A stretch of 64,000 nt of DNA from the NCBI GenBank assembly GCA_002269645.1, contig NIVC01000086.1, positions 1 through 64,000 on the forward strand, written 5' to 3'. Shown here one piece after another: positions 1 to 15,454 of this stretch (position 1 is its first letter; each line of letters begins with the position of its first letter). The notes under the pieces are model-generated. The model did not search any database. It saw nothing but the letters and a program-made list of their open reading frames with translations, and was not told the origin of the DNA. The stretch comes from Macrostomum lignano. Lineage: Eukaryota. Position numbers and translations under genes: made by a program.

Positions 1-354
1 CCGGCCGAGGACTGGCGACACTCTGCAGGACGACAGCTGGCTGTTGGCCAATTGATCACTTTTCAGACACTTCCGTTATGAAGACAGGATTGATCCGTCC
101 GAACTGAACCTTTGATATGCAGTTGTATTCGCATGACAGATCTATTTTTCATAATTGAATTTTTTTACTTTTTTAACTTGGCTACTTCGAACAGAGTTTT
201 TAAAAGATTTTTTGACTCTTTCCAAATGTCTGCTCTTTGGTCCATTCCTTCTAATTGCTTATTATGCGTTTCGTATTTAAAAGCAAATATGGTTTCAAAA
301 CAACCCCCTGTATTCATTGTACCTTTGCTCCTGACAGTTCCTCTTCAAACCCTG

Positions 355-950
355 TCCCAATGTACACCCGCTCTCTCCCTGACCCTATAACCCAACCCCG
401 CTCCCTAGTGTACACTCATTCTGTCCCTTACTTCTCTACCCAACCCCGCTCCCCAATGTACACTCCTTCTCTCCCTTACCCCTCTAACCCAACCCCCCGC
501 TCCCCAATGTACACTCCTTCTCTCCCTTACCCTCTAACCAACCCCCGCTCCCCAATGTACACTCCTTCTCTCCTTACCCCTCTAACCCAACCCCGCTCCC
601 CAATGTACACTCCTTCTCTCCCTTACCCCTCTAACCCAACCCCGCTCCCCAATGTACACTCGTTCTATCCCTTACCCATCTAACCTAACCCCGCTCCCCA
701 ATGTACACTCGTTCTATTCCTTACCCCTCTAATCCAACCCCGATCCCCAATGTACACTCCTTCTCTCCCTTACCCTCTAACCCAACCCCGCTCCCCAATG
801 TACACTCGTTCTATCCCTTACCCATCTAACCTAACCCCGCTCCCCAATGTACACTCGTTCTATTCCTTACCCCTCTAATCCAACCCGATCCCCAATGTAC
901 ACTCATTCTCTCCCTTACCCCTCTAACCCACCCCCGGTCTCCAATGTACA
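355..950. repeat. ~49-50 bp C-rich minisatellite (ccccgctccccaatgtacactccttctctcccttacccctctaacccaac), ~13 copies
   Basis: Recurring atgtacac core about every 49 bp. Explains ORF 255..683. Confidence 0.95.
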
Positions 951-1694
951 CTTATTTTACATCAGAGAAAACAAATAGCGAGTTTCCCTTTGTATATTAA
1001 TAGTGAAGGCAAACCAGCGTGATAATTTTTTTACAGAAGCCGCCGCCTTTTTCAAAACAGAACTATTTTACAATGTTTAATCGATTTTTTTACTTTTGTG
1101 ATAACTTCTAAGGCTATATATACGCTGTGCTATTTTTCCTCTATGCGATTGGCGTTTTTGTGCCTTAATGTTCCCTACTCTTAGTAGTATATGAGTTAGA
1201 TTTACTATAGCTGGGCTTTGCATCGAATTACTCATTGTTTTTAAAGCTGTTTTACTAATAGAGAAGTATTTTTATCTGTTTTTTTGTACCGCCAGGCCCT
1301 ATCGGATTACATTGCTTATTGAATTTTTTTGTCTGTATAATCTTCTATTAACTGAAGTAGGTAACCTTTTAAATAGTTTCTACTCCCAGGCACCGCTTGT
1401 TGTTGCTGGGAAGAAAATACAGAATATTCTTTTTTCGAAAACTGCTAAAATGCTCTTCCCAGATTATTTTTGTTGAGTTTATATTGACAATAATATAATC
1501 CATCTCCTTGTTGCTGACCTAAATAAATGTGTCTCAAGATTGATAAGCTAATATGATGGACTTTTGATGCGCTCTCGCTTGTCCTGACTCCACCTCTTTT
1601 TCTATATAGCTCACTTTTTGCTTTATTCTTACATGTGCTATGAAACTGGCTTGATTTCAGTCAACACTTACTAGACTAGATAACTCATACGGTG

Positions 1695-2612
1695 AGCTGA
1701 ATCTATGTGTCTGTAGCTGAATCTGTATGTCTGTAGCTGAATCTGTATGTCTGTAGCTGAATCTGTATGTCTGTAGCTGAATCTGTATGTCTGTGCTGAA
1801 TCTGTATGTCTCTGAATCTGTATGTCTGTAGCTGAATCTGTATGTCTGTAGCTGAATCTGTATGTCTGTAGCTGAATCTGTATGTCTGTAGCTGAATCTG
1901 TATGTCTGTAGCTGAATCTGTATGTCTGTAGCTGAATCTGTATGTCTGTAGCTGAATCTGTATGTCTGTAGCTGAATCTGTATGTCTGTAAGTGAATCTG
2001 TATGTCTGTAGCTGAATCTGTATGTCTGTAGCTGAATCTGTATGTCTGTAGCTGAATCTGTATGTCTGTAGTTGAATCTGTATGTCTGTGGCTGAATCTG
2101 TATGTCTGTAGCTGAATCTGTATGTCTGTAGCTGAATCTGTATGTCTGTAGCTGAATCTGTATGTCTGTAGCTGAATCTGTATGTCTGTAGCTGAATCTG
2201 TATGTCTGTAGCTGAATCTGTATGTCTGTAGCTGAATCTGTATGTCTACAGTTGAATCTGTATGTCTGTAGCTGAATCTGTATGTCTGTAGCTGAATCTG
2301 TATGTCTGTAGCTGAATCTGTATGTCTGTAGCTGAATCTGTATGTCTGTAGCTGAATCTGTATGTCTGTAGCTGAATCTGTATGTCTACAGTTGAATCTG
2401 TATGTCTGTAGCTGAATCTGTATGTCTGTAGCTGAATCTGTATGTCTGTAGCTGAATCTGTATGTCTGTAGTTGAATCTGTATGTCTACAGTTGAATCTG
2501 TATGTCTGTAGCTGAATCTGTATGTCTGTAGCTGAATCTGTATGTCTGTGGCTGAATCTGTATGTCTGTAGCTGAATCTGTATGTCTGTAGCTGAATCTG
2601 TATGTCTGTAGC
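1695..2612. repeat. 20-bp minisatellite (gctgaatctgtatgtctgta), ~45 copies
   Basis: Near-perfect tandem array. Explains ORF 1671..2636. Confidence 0.97.
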
Positions 2613-2954
2613 TTCAGCAGTAAATAAGAAGTTCATCAGTAGTTAAGGCCTGTATGAGCAAATTATCGTAAATAAAAAAGAGTCTGAGACCATTACGCAT
2701 GTTATTATTTGTCTTTTCCCTGTTTCCACCCTTTTTCTTGCGAGTCGTTTACTTAATCCTCGTGTCGCAGTTTCCTGCAACTATTCTCCCTTTCTTCGGT
2801 TCAAGGCGGGAGTGAAGCCCGTCTAAGCTCCCCCTGAAACCCACCGCTTCTTCCCCTCCCTTGTACAATATTTATTTCGTCTTCCTTTCTAGAGCTCACG
2901 GCCTCGCTAGCGTATCTCTCTACCCTCAGAGTTCTCCATGACACTTGTCACCCC

Positions 2955-3090
2955 CCCCCAGCCAATCAGCGCCACTCCCGTGTGACGCAAACCGAACAGG
3001 ATCGAAAAATACTTTTAGGCCCCAGAATAAAATAGATTTAGCACGAACTGGCTTCGGGTTTTGAGTACACGCTTGTATGCGCATGCGGAG
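2955..3090 (+). promoter_or_regulatory. Putative proximal promoter of NR-A
   Basis: CAGCCAATCAG (CCAAT box) ~2960, TGACGCAA ~2984 and GCGCATGCG ~3079, all 60-190 bp upstream of the ATG at 3153. Motif match only. Confidence 0.3.
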
Positions 3091-3152
3091 ACTTTACCCT
3101 ATCGCCTGTTGAATCCAACACTTTAATTTCATATCGAAAGAAGCAACAACCA

Positions 3153-5581
<2,429 letters not shown>

Positions 5582-5585
<4 letters not shown>

Positions 5586-5832
5586 TAAACAATGGGATAG
5601 TGTTTATTGCTCGCTGATAAACAATGGGATAGTGTTTATTGCTCACTGATAAACAATGGGATAGTGTTTATTGCTCACTGATGAACAATGGGATAGTGTT
5701 TATTGCTCACTGATAAACAATGGGATAGTGTTTATTGCTCACTGATAAACAATGGGATAGTGTTTATTGCTCACTGATAAACAATGGGATAGTGTTTATT
5801 GCTCATTGATAAACAATGGGATAGTGTTTATT
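5582..5832. repeat. 32-bp minisatellite (ctgataaacaatgggatagtgtttattgctca), ~8 copies, overlapping the NR-A stop codon
   Basis: Units start at 5582, 5614, 5646 and onward. Each has an internal inverted repeat ATAAACA/TGTTTAT. Confidence 0.95.
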
Positions 5833-7414
5833 ATCTATAATTTCCATACTTATATACTTATATTAGACCAATCTGGTATCTGATTGTCTAATTTTGCCTC
5901 AGACAAATCTTCCAAGCCTCAATCATTGCTAAGCGGGTTCAAGCTCGGGACTGATCTCTAGTCAGATTAACATTACCTGTGCCGGTCTATTTTATCTGTG
6001 TGTACATTTTGGCATCAGTTTAAATTTTAAAAGTTTCAACAGATTGCTTTCATTTTTAATCAATGTGCTATACGTTGTACTTCGTTAAGTTTATCAGCTA
6101 ATTAGCTATGCAGATGTTGATTAGTATAGTAATAGCATAGAACAATGTGCACTTTGCGTGTTTGTTTAACTGCCTCACCCTCGCATTCGCAAATCCGGAT
6201 TGTAAAAAATGAAAAGCGCCATATAAATTTTCATAAAATCGTCTAGAAAAATACACCCCGATGCGTTTGTGTTTGCTATGAGTAGTATAGCTGGCATTGT
6301 GCTGGCGAATCTTGTTCTGTCATAGCTGAGATGAATCTAAATGTTATTTTCTCGCAAGCTTTTCATTATTGCTATTGTTTTTTGTCTGTTGTCGGAGGAA
6401 GTGCAGAGAGTACTTATTAGTATTGATTTAATATCTGGCCATCCGGAAAGTTGTTGTGGCATTTATTACGAATTATAATCAGTTAGAGCAAAAAGCATAT
6501 TCTAATATATTTATTTAACAAAAATAATCACCCAGTTTTAATTTTTTATTTGTATTGCATCACTTTCACAGTTGGAAAGGAGAGGTTTAACTGAAAATAG
6601 GAATTTGCGCAATGAGGAGCAATGAAAGAATAAGCGCAATAAATTTCCTGATGGCCGGATACATTACTGTCAGATCTGGCTGCTGAATTGCTGCTTTTTG
6701 TTGCTTGTTGTATTAAAGAAGCTTTCAGTTAGCAGAGCAAATTCTAACTGCTGCTGCAATTGCAACACTGTGACTTTTCTGTTTTTTTTTATTTCACTGT
6801 CTAAAATAGGGCATAGAATTCAAGAAAAAAAAATATTCTAAAGCTACCCTACTTTTTAAATTATAAATTAGCCCTAAGCCAACAACTGGTCTTTAACTTT
6901 TAAGGAGTACCCAAGATGTCTTAAAAAGAGTTGAAGACTAACCTATTTAAACTTAACTGCATCTTTAAAAAAATCTGTAAAGCTAACCACAGACTTCTTT
7001 AAAAATCAAAAAGCCAAAGATTCATTTCTTAGAAACTGACATAAATTGAAGCCCTGTATTTCTTATAAACATAGACATACTTTTTTTTAAATAGTTAAAA
7101 ATCAACTCTGATTCTTAGAAATCAAAAATTGGTAATGAATAGTCTTGCATTTCTTAGTAATTGAGAAAATTGGCTTCATAGAAAGTGACGTAGACGAACT
7201 TTTATTTCTAGGAAACTGACCGAAACTATCGTTAAAATTCACAGAAACCCTATATTTCTTAGAAGCGCTAAAATTATTCCTAATTTTTTCTTAAAAAATT
7301 AACAAAAACTGACCAATATGTTTCTTTAAAATTTGAGCTAACTACATGTAGGCTTTGATTTCGTAGAAATACCTGAAAATCTAGTGTAACTTTCTTAGAA
7401 ATCAATTTTATTGC

Positions 7415-10400
7415 ATGCTGGCGGGCCAGACGAAGGACACGGCCATTGATGTCGACGAAGCAGCCGCTGCCCCGGCTGAGCAGCGGCCGATTGTTGACCT
7501 GCTGGGCGGCTGCTCCGTGTGCGACCTGCGCGCAACCGGCGTTCACTACGGCGCGGCCACGTGCAACGCTTGTAAAACGTTTTTCAAACGCACCGTGCAC
7601 TCCTGCCTGACTTACCAGTGCGCCAGGCGCCTGTCTGGCGCCAGCGATGATCAGCTGTGCCCGGTGCGCGAGCCCAATAGGAAGCAGTGCCCCGCCTGCC
7701 GGTGGCGCCGCTGTCTACGCGCCAACATGCGACCGGGTCTGCTGCGCAGCGTTGAAGCCGGCACAGAGACCAAGCGGTATCCAAGGCTGCGTCCTCAGCA
7801 GCAGCAGCAGGAAGGCAATGCTAGGTAAGCACTTGTAGTATGAGCTTGAATATCGACTCATATTTGGCGAATGTACCAAAAAGGCTTAAACCATTTTAAT
7901 GGACTCCTGTTCGGCAGTCTTAACGTCCTGGTTCCTAGGATGCGCTGCATACATACATGTACAGACTCAGATCCCATTAAATCTCCTCAGATCCCATTAA
8001 CCCCCCAGATCCCATCCAAACTCTACCCCACATCCCATTAACCCCCAGATAACATTAACCCTTCATACCATTAACCCCCAGATAACATTAACCCCCAATA
8101 CCATTAACCCCTACCCCAGACACCATTAACCCCACCCCAGATACCATTAACCCCCACCCCAGATACCATTAACCCCCACCCCAGACACCATTAACCCCCA
8201 CCCCAGATACCATTAACCCCCATACCATTAACCCCTACCCCAGATACCATTAACCCCTACCCCAGATACCATTAACCCCCACCCCAGACACCATTAACCC
8301 CCACCCCAGACACCATTAACCCCCACCCCAGATACCATTAACCCCCCCCCATACCATTAACCCCTACCCCAGATACCATTAACCCCCCATACCATTAACC
8401 CCTACCCCAGATACCATTAACCCCCACCCCAGACACCATTAACCCCACCCCAGACACCATTAACCCCCACCCCAAATACCATTAACCCCCACCCCAGACA
8501 CCATTAACCCCTACCCCAGATACCATTAACCCCCCCATACCATTAACCCCTACCCCAGATACCATTAACCCCCACCCCAGACACCATTAACCCCCACCCC
8601 AGACACCATTAACTTCCACCCCAGACACCATTAACCCCCACCCAGATACCATTAACCCCCACCCCAGACACCATTAACCCCACCCCAAATACCATTAACC
8701 CCCACCCCAGATAACATTAACCCCCCCATACCATTAACCCCTACCCCAGATAACATTAACCCCCCCCCCATACCATTAACCCCCACCCCAGATACCATTA
8801 ACCCCCCCCCATACCATTAACCCCTACCCCAGATACCATTAACCCCCCATACCATTAACCCCTACCCCAGATACCATTAACCCCCACCCCAGACACCATT
8901 AACCCCACCCCAGACACCATTAACCCCCACCCCAAATACCATTAACCCCCACCCCAGACACCATTAACCCCTACCCCAGATACCATTAACCCCCCATACC
9001 ATTAACCCCTACCCCAGATACCATTAACCCCACCCCAGACACCATTAACCCCCACCCCAGACACCATTAACCCCCACCCCAGACACCATTAACCCCCACC
9101 CCAGATACCATTAACCCCCACCCCAGACACCATTAACCCCCACCCCAAATACCATTAACCCCCACCCCAGATAACATTAACCCCCATACCATTAACCCCT
9201 ACCCCAGATAACATTAACCCCCCATACCATTAACCCCTACCCCAGATACCATTAACCCCCACCCCAAATACCATTAACCCCACCCCAGATACCATTAACC
9301 CCCACCCCAGATACCATTTACCCCCACCCCAGATACCATTAACCCCCACCCCAGATACCATTAACCCCCCCCCCGATCCCATTAACCTCCCAGATCCCAT
9401 TAATTCCCCCCAGTTACCAACCATTAACAGTAGGAATACCAAGCCATTTTTCCGCCCGTCGAACTACCAAGAGGGGGGATCCCTCCTGACAATTTTTTTG
9501 CTGCGCCGGAACGGAGCAACGCAGGCACACGAAATTCAAGAACACGGGCTAACTTTTTGTTGCGCACCTTCTCAAACAAGAATCAAGTTCAGGGTGTTCA
9601 TAGTCACCTGGTGCCACCTGTTGAAGGTCCAGAAGCTCCACCTGGGTAAAGCCCAGTGACCAACGAAGTCAGAACTTATGCAGACACATGTGGTCGACGT
9701 TCTGATAAAATTTGGGGACTTGGCAAGGCTGCACTGAAGCGCAGTGCTGATTGGCGCACAGGGGTGCACTGAATACACTGGCGCTTATGGGAAAAATCCG
9801 ACCTTCTGGCAGAATCGTCGAATATCTCGACGGTCTAGAGGGCTGGCGACTTGATTCTTGTTTGAGAAGGTGCGCAACAAAAAGTTAGCCCGTGTTCTTG
9901 AATTTCGTGTGCCTGCGTTGCTCCGTTCCGGCGCAGCAAAAAAATTGTCAGAGGGGGAAATCCCCCCCTCTTGGTAGTTCTACTGTTAATCCCTCCGGAT
10001 CCCAATCACCCCTCCAGATCCCAAGAATTCCCAGGTTACAATGCTCCCAAGATCCTTTGATTTCCAGGTTGTTAATGCCCCCAGATGTCAAATATTTGGG
10101 ATCCTTGAAGCCGGAGTGTAATCCCATATTATTCCATGAAATACCTCTCCATTACAGCTCCCAGCCACCTTCATCGACCTCCGACTTTCCTAATCAGCCA
10201 ACGGCGAGTTTCCCTCCTGCCAATGGCGCTTCTGCCTCTACCGCCGCAGCTACTTCCGCCGCTACACTTCCGCTGCCTCCTCCGCCGTCTCCGCTCCCGC
10301 CCCCGCACCCGCATTCGCCTGCGGCAATGCAGTCGTTAACTCTGCTAAGCCAGCTGGCCACTATCGATTCTCCAACGTTTAGCCTTAGCGACGTGTCTGC

Positions 10401-12448
10401 TAGCGGCGTGGCCGAGACCCCGGCCAGGCTGGCCTACACGCTGACGCTGTGCACGGACAGGCTCATTGCCGACCTGGTCAAGTTTGCCAAAGCTGTGCCC
10501 GGATTTGGCCCGCTGCCAATGCAGGACAAGGCGAGTTAATTGGGTGGCGTGGGAGGTGATTCTCATCATATCTGGCATTATTCTGGAATTCTAGGATCCC
10601 CATTCTGGGATTCTGGGATCCCCATTCTGGGATTCTGGGATCCCCATTCTGGGATTCTAGGATCCCCATTCTGGGATTCTGGGATCCCCATTCTGGGATT
10701 CTGGGATCCCCATTCTGGGATTCTGAGATCCCCATTCTGGAATTCTGGGATCCCCATTCTGGGATTCTGGATCCCCATTCTGGGATTCTGGGATCCCCAT
10801 TCTGGGATTCTGGGACCCCCATTCTGGAATTCTGGGATCCCCATTCTGGGATTCTGAGGTCCCCATTCTGGAATTCTGGGATCCCCATTCTGGGATTCTG
10901 AGATCCCCATTCTAAGATTCTGAGATCCCCATTCTGGAATTCTGGAATATCCCATTCTGGGATTCTGGAATATCCCATTCTGAAATTCTGGGATCCCCAT
11001 TCTGGAATTTTGGGATCCCCATTCTGGAATTCTGGAATATCCCATTCTAGGATTCTGGAATATCCCATTCTAGGATTCTGGAATATCCCATTCTGGAATT
11101 CTGGAATATCCCATTCTAGGATTCTGGAATATCCCATTCTGGATTCTGGAATATCCCATTCTAGGATTCTGGAATATCCCATTCTGGAATTCTGGAATAT
11201 CCCATTCTAGGATTCTGGAATATCCCATTCTGGGATTCTGGAATATCCCATTCTGGAATTCGGATATCCCGTTCTGAGCTTCTGAGAACAGCAATTCTTG
11301 AATTGCGGCGAGTCTCGTTCTTGAATTTTCTTGGATTGTAATATCCTTTTTTAGAAACTCTAGAATCCCGAAGTTTAGCTAATACGATAGGCGTCCTTTA
11401 TCTCTTTTGGCAGGTGCTATTGTTGCAGCTTCACTGCCTTGAATTAATCGCATTTGAGGTAGCGATGAACTCAGTCCCCTACAATGGCAACATCGTGTTC
11501 TGCTCAGACCTGAGTATAAATGAAGCATACGGTCTTCAATTTCGCGGCTTCTTCTCGCCGAAAACTGGTCAACACCTGCGCTGCTTGATTCGATGGCTTA
11601 CCCTGTGGCAGGTGACTGGAATTCATTTCTGTCAAGAAGAGTGTTGAATTATAGGAGTGAATTTTTTTTACAAATTAGAAAGTTTAGCGCCTGTTGAGCT
11701 CTTAATGGAAGGGTTACTGAAGTTGCGCATTCGTGGGCGTGTTGGGGGAGGGTTAGAGCCAGTGTACATTAATAGGCGTGTTGAGGGGAGGGTTAGAGCC
11801 AGTTTACATTAATAGGCGTGTTGAGGGGAGGGTTAGAGCCAGTGTACATTAATAGGCGTGTTGAGGGTAGGAGCGGGTGTACATTAATAGGCGTGTTGAG
11901 GGTAGGAGCGGGTGTACATTACATTAATAGGCGTGTTGAGGGGAGGGCTTAAAGCTGGTGTACTGTTGAGGGGCGTGTTGAGGGGAGGGTTGAGAGCAGG
12001 TGTACATTAATAGTCGTGTTGAGGGGAGGGTTTAGAAAAGGGGGCTGTACATTCTCGGAAAGTATTTGGGCACACTTTTGTTACGTGCTTTTTTTTAATC
12101 AAATTTTCTTAATTTCTCTTTCTTCAGGTAACCCGATCGGAATTTCTGCTTCTAAAAGCAATATTTTTATTTGAGGGTTCTGCCGGACATGGCTGGCAAG
12201 ATCCTGGCCAAATCGAGCTGGTGCAGACCAGCTACCTGCGCGAGTTGCGCCAGCTCTGCCCGGATAGCCTGCGCCGCAGCAGTCTGCTGCTGCTTATGAA
12301 CAACCTGATGGCGTTGAAGATTGCTTCAGTTGGTTTCTGGTCTACTGTTGTACGTAGCAACGCCTTCCTGCCGCCGCAGCTCGTGTCCGAGATGCTGGAG
12401 TTTTCGTTGAATGAATTTCCTCACGCTGTATCGTCGAGGCGGATTTAA
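7415..12448 (+). CDS. Nuclear hormone receptor NR-B, ~463 aa; join(7415-7824,10068-10530,11414-11611,12128-12448)
   Basis: [30 protein letters not shown]...[31 protein letters not shown]|VLLLQ, WQ|[17 protein letters not shown]-2 LVSEML. All splice phases are consistent (2,0,0) and intron 2 is GC-AG. The exon 2 acceptor could alternatively be at 10034. Confidence 0.9.
7965..9420. repeat. ~22-26 bp C-rich minisatellite (ccccagataccattaacccccac) in NR-B intron 1
   Basis: About 60 variable copies with extreme C skew. Confidence 0.95.
9428..9985. mobile_element. Non-autonomous DNA transposon (MITE) with ~128-bp inverted arms, CAGTAG...CTACTG ends and TTAA flanks
   Basis: 9461-9588 is the near-perfect reverse complement of 9849-9980. 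TTAA at 9424-9427 and 9986-9989. No coding capacity. Confidence 0.85.
10565..11275. repeat. 22-23 bp minisatellite (ctgggatccccattctgggatt / ctggaatatcccattctaggatt) in NR-B intron 2
   Basis: Tandem array. Explains overlapping ORFs at 10478-11294. Confidence 0.95.
11755..12045. repeat. ~40-bp minisatellite (gtgtacattaataggcgtgttgaggggagggttagagcca) in NR-B intron 3
   Basis: About 6-7 variable copies. Confidence 0.88.
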
Positions 12449-12494
12449 TCTAGCAAATTTGTCGATTTATTAACTTATTGGCACACTTTGATGA

Positions 12495-12880
12495 CTGGAA
12501 AGGGTTTGGGCGTGTGTACATTGGCTGGGGTGGGGAAGGGTTTGGGCGTGTGTACATTGGCTGGGATAGTGAAGGAATTGAGCGTGTGTACATTGGCTGG
12601 GATAGTGAAGGATTTGAGCGTGTGTACATTGGCTGGGGTTGGGAAGGAATTGAGCGTGTGTACATTGGCTGGGGTAGTGAAGGACTTGAGCGTGTGTACA
12701 TTGGCTGGGGTAGTGAAGGATTTGAGCGTGTGTACATTGGCTGGGATAGTGAAGGATTTGAGCGTGTGTACATTGGCTGGGGTAGGGAAGGATTTGAGCG
12801 TGTGTACATTGGCTGGGGTAGGGAAGGATTTGAGCGTGTGTACATTGGCTGGGGTAGGGAAGGATTTGAGCGTGTATACT
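12495..12880. repeat. 36-bp minisatellite (gagcgtgtgtacattggctggggtagtgaaggattt)
   Basis: About 10 copies, giving 12-aa periodic ORFs. Confidence 0.95.
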
Positions 12881-13644
12881 GTGGCTTATTAGCAATCGTT
12901 TATAATCAATCGAGTTTTACGGCTATTTGTACAGAGTCGCGCACAATTTGACTCTGTTAGTTTGATTCTGAGCAGCATACAGTATTTGAATTTCTATCAT
13001 TTTAACCAACGACTCTACTCATACGTGTAACAGTGACTTTTCCCTGATGCCTTCGAAATCGTTTAGCAAGTTTATTAAATGCAACAATGCTTTTTGAAAT
13101 CCTTATAATTCGATTATTTTAGTCTTACTCACTGCCTTAATCGTCTTAGATTCCTAGCAGGACTTGTTAAACCGTTTAAAGCCATCATTGTTATTCCGAT
13201 TGCTACATTTTTACAATTTTACTGATGTATAACTATTATATTAAAGGGTCAGAAGCTGTGATTTATTTATTTTTACGCCCTGCCTTTCAATGTCCTTCCA
13301 CGCTTTTGTTAATGACCTGATTGATTACTTTTTAAAGTAGACATCATTCCAATTAGATTAGTAGGAACCTGTATTTAATTGTATTTGGATGGAAGTAATG
13401 TATTCCAATAAAATCCCACATTATCGCTTTGTACCAAAAATACTTCTACATAATAATAATAATAATAATAAAGGTTTCAATTTTTATGCTTTTTTCTATT
13501 TTTCAAAATTTTTGAACTGTATTGGAAATATTAAGTTGACCAAGTTGTTCTCACTCAGTATTATCGTACTGAGATCTTTAAGTAGATTCATTAGATTCGT
13601 TAAGGCAATACAGTTTTCAGAACTGGAGCATTAAATAGTGGGTT

Positions 13645-14250
13645 TGAAGCGTCTGTGCATTGGCTGGGGCAGTGAAGGTTTTGAGCGTGTGTACATTGGC
13701 TGGGGCAGTGAATGTTTTAAGCGGGTGTACATTGGCTGGGGTAGTGAATGTTTTAAGCGGGTGTACATTGGCTGGGGTAGTGAATGTTTTAAGCGGGTGT
13801 ACATTGGCTGGGGTAGTGAATGTTTTAAGCGGGTGTACATTGGCTGGGGTAGTGAATGTTTTAAGCGGGTGTACATTGGCTGGGGTAGTGAATGTTTTAA
13901 GCGGGTGTACATTGGCTGGGGTAGTGAATGTTTTAAGCGGGTGTACATTGGCTGGGGTAGTGAATGTTTTAAGCGGGTGTACATTGGCTGGGGTAGTGAA
14001 TGTTTTAAGCGGGTGTACATTGGCTGGGGTAGTGAATGTTTTAAGCGGGTGTACATTGGCTGGGGTAGTGAATGTTTTAAGCGGGTGTACATTGGCTGGG
14101 GCAGTGAAGTGTTTGATGTGCGGGTGTACATTGGCTGGGGTAGTGAAGGTTTTGAGCGTGTGTACGTTGGTGGGGTTGGGGAAGGGTTTGAGCGTGTGTA
14201 AATTGACTGGGATATAGTGAAGGGTTTGATTATGTGTACATTAGTGAGGG
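13645..14250. repeat. 36-bp minisatellite (aagcgggtgtacattggctggggtagtgaatgtttt), same family as 12495-12880
   Basis: About 16 copies. Confidence 0.95.
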
Positions 14251-14497
14251 GAAGGTGAGTTAAGATGTTTGAGATTGAGATGTATCTAAGTGGTGTGTTA
14301 GGTTTTTTTTGTAAATCCTTGGTTTGAGCGCCTAAAATTTAAAGCTTAAGTCAGATATACTAAAAATGAAAACTTTTTTTAGCTAAATCTTCGAAATCAA
14401 ATTCTGACTTCAGAGCCAGCAAAGTCGACGCAGACAGTAACAGCCATCTTGCAGCTACAGGCAAAGGTTGCCGCAGACTGAGTCCCAACACTTCCTC

Positions 14498-14722
14498 ATG
14501 ACCGACTACTCCGACCCACTGAACCCTCAATTTTCTGGCGTCGGTTTGTGCGCCGTCTGTGGCCTGACCGCCACCGGCGTGCACTACGGAGCCGCTACGT
14601 GCAATGCTTGTAAAGCTTTCTTTAAGCGGACTGTGCACTCCTGCCTGACTTACCTGTGCGCTAGCAGTACCGACGGCCAGTACCAGCCGTTTCTGCAGGT
14701 GAGAGGATTGACTTGCTATGCA

Positions 14723-14783
<61 letters not shown>

Positions 14784-14784
14784 G

Positions 14785-14817
<33 letters not shown>

Positions 14818-14828
14818 GTCTGTCTGTG

Positions 14829-14887
<59 letters not shown>

Positions 14888-14900
14888 GTGTCTGTCTGTG

Positions 14901-14951
<51 letters not shown>

Positions 14952-14952
14952 G

Positions 14953-14995
<43 letters not shown>

Positions 14996-14996
14996 G

Positions 14997-15031
<35 letters not shown>

Positions 15032-15088
15032 GTCTGTCTGTCTGTCTGTCTGTGTGTCTGTGTGCCTGTGTCTGTCTGTCTGTCTGTG

Positions 15089-15163
<75 letters not shown>

Positions 15164-15248
15164 GTGTCTGTGTCTGTCTGTCTGTCTGTGTGTCTGTGTG
15201 CCTGTGTCTGTCTGTCTGTCTGTGTGTCTGTCTGTCTGTCTGTCTGTG

Positions 15249-15279
<31 letters not shown>

Positions 15280-15280
15280 G

Positions 15281-15323
<43 letters not shown>

Positions 15324-15406
15324 GTGTCTGTGTCTGTCTGTCTGTCTGTGTTTCTGTGTCGGTCTGTCTGTCTGTCCGTCTGTCTGTGTGTGTGTCTGTG
15401 TGTCTG

Positions 15407-15454
<48 letters not shown>

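Noticed and set aside
1-115. GC-rich start of the window as the last exon of an upstream gene
   Set aside because: Too short to assign a frame or product.
1671-2636. 321-aa ORF and similar periodic ORFs (10478-11294, 12450-12951, 13631-14217, 22922-24164, 37561-38286, 45503-47395)
   Set aside because: Translations of minisatellites, open on several frames and strands, mostly inside introns.
7965-9420. Interstitial telomeric repeat (TAACCC-like)
   Set aside because: TTAACCCC is only part of a longer 22-26 bp unit; there are no tandem TTAGGG hexamers.
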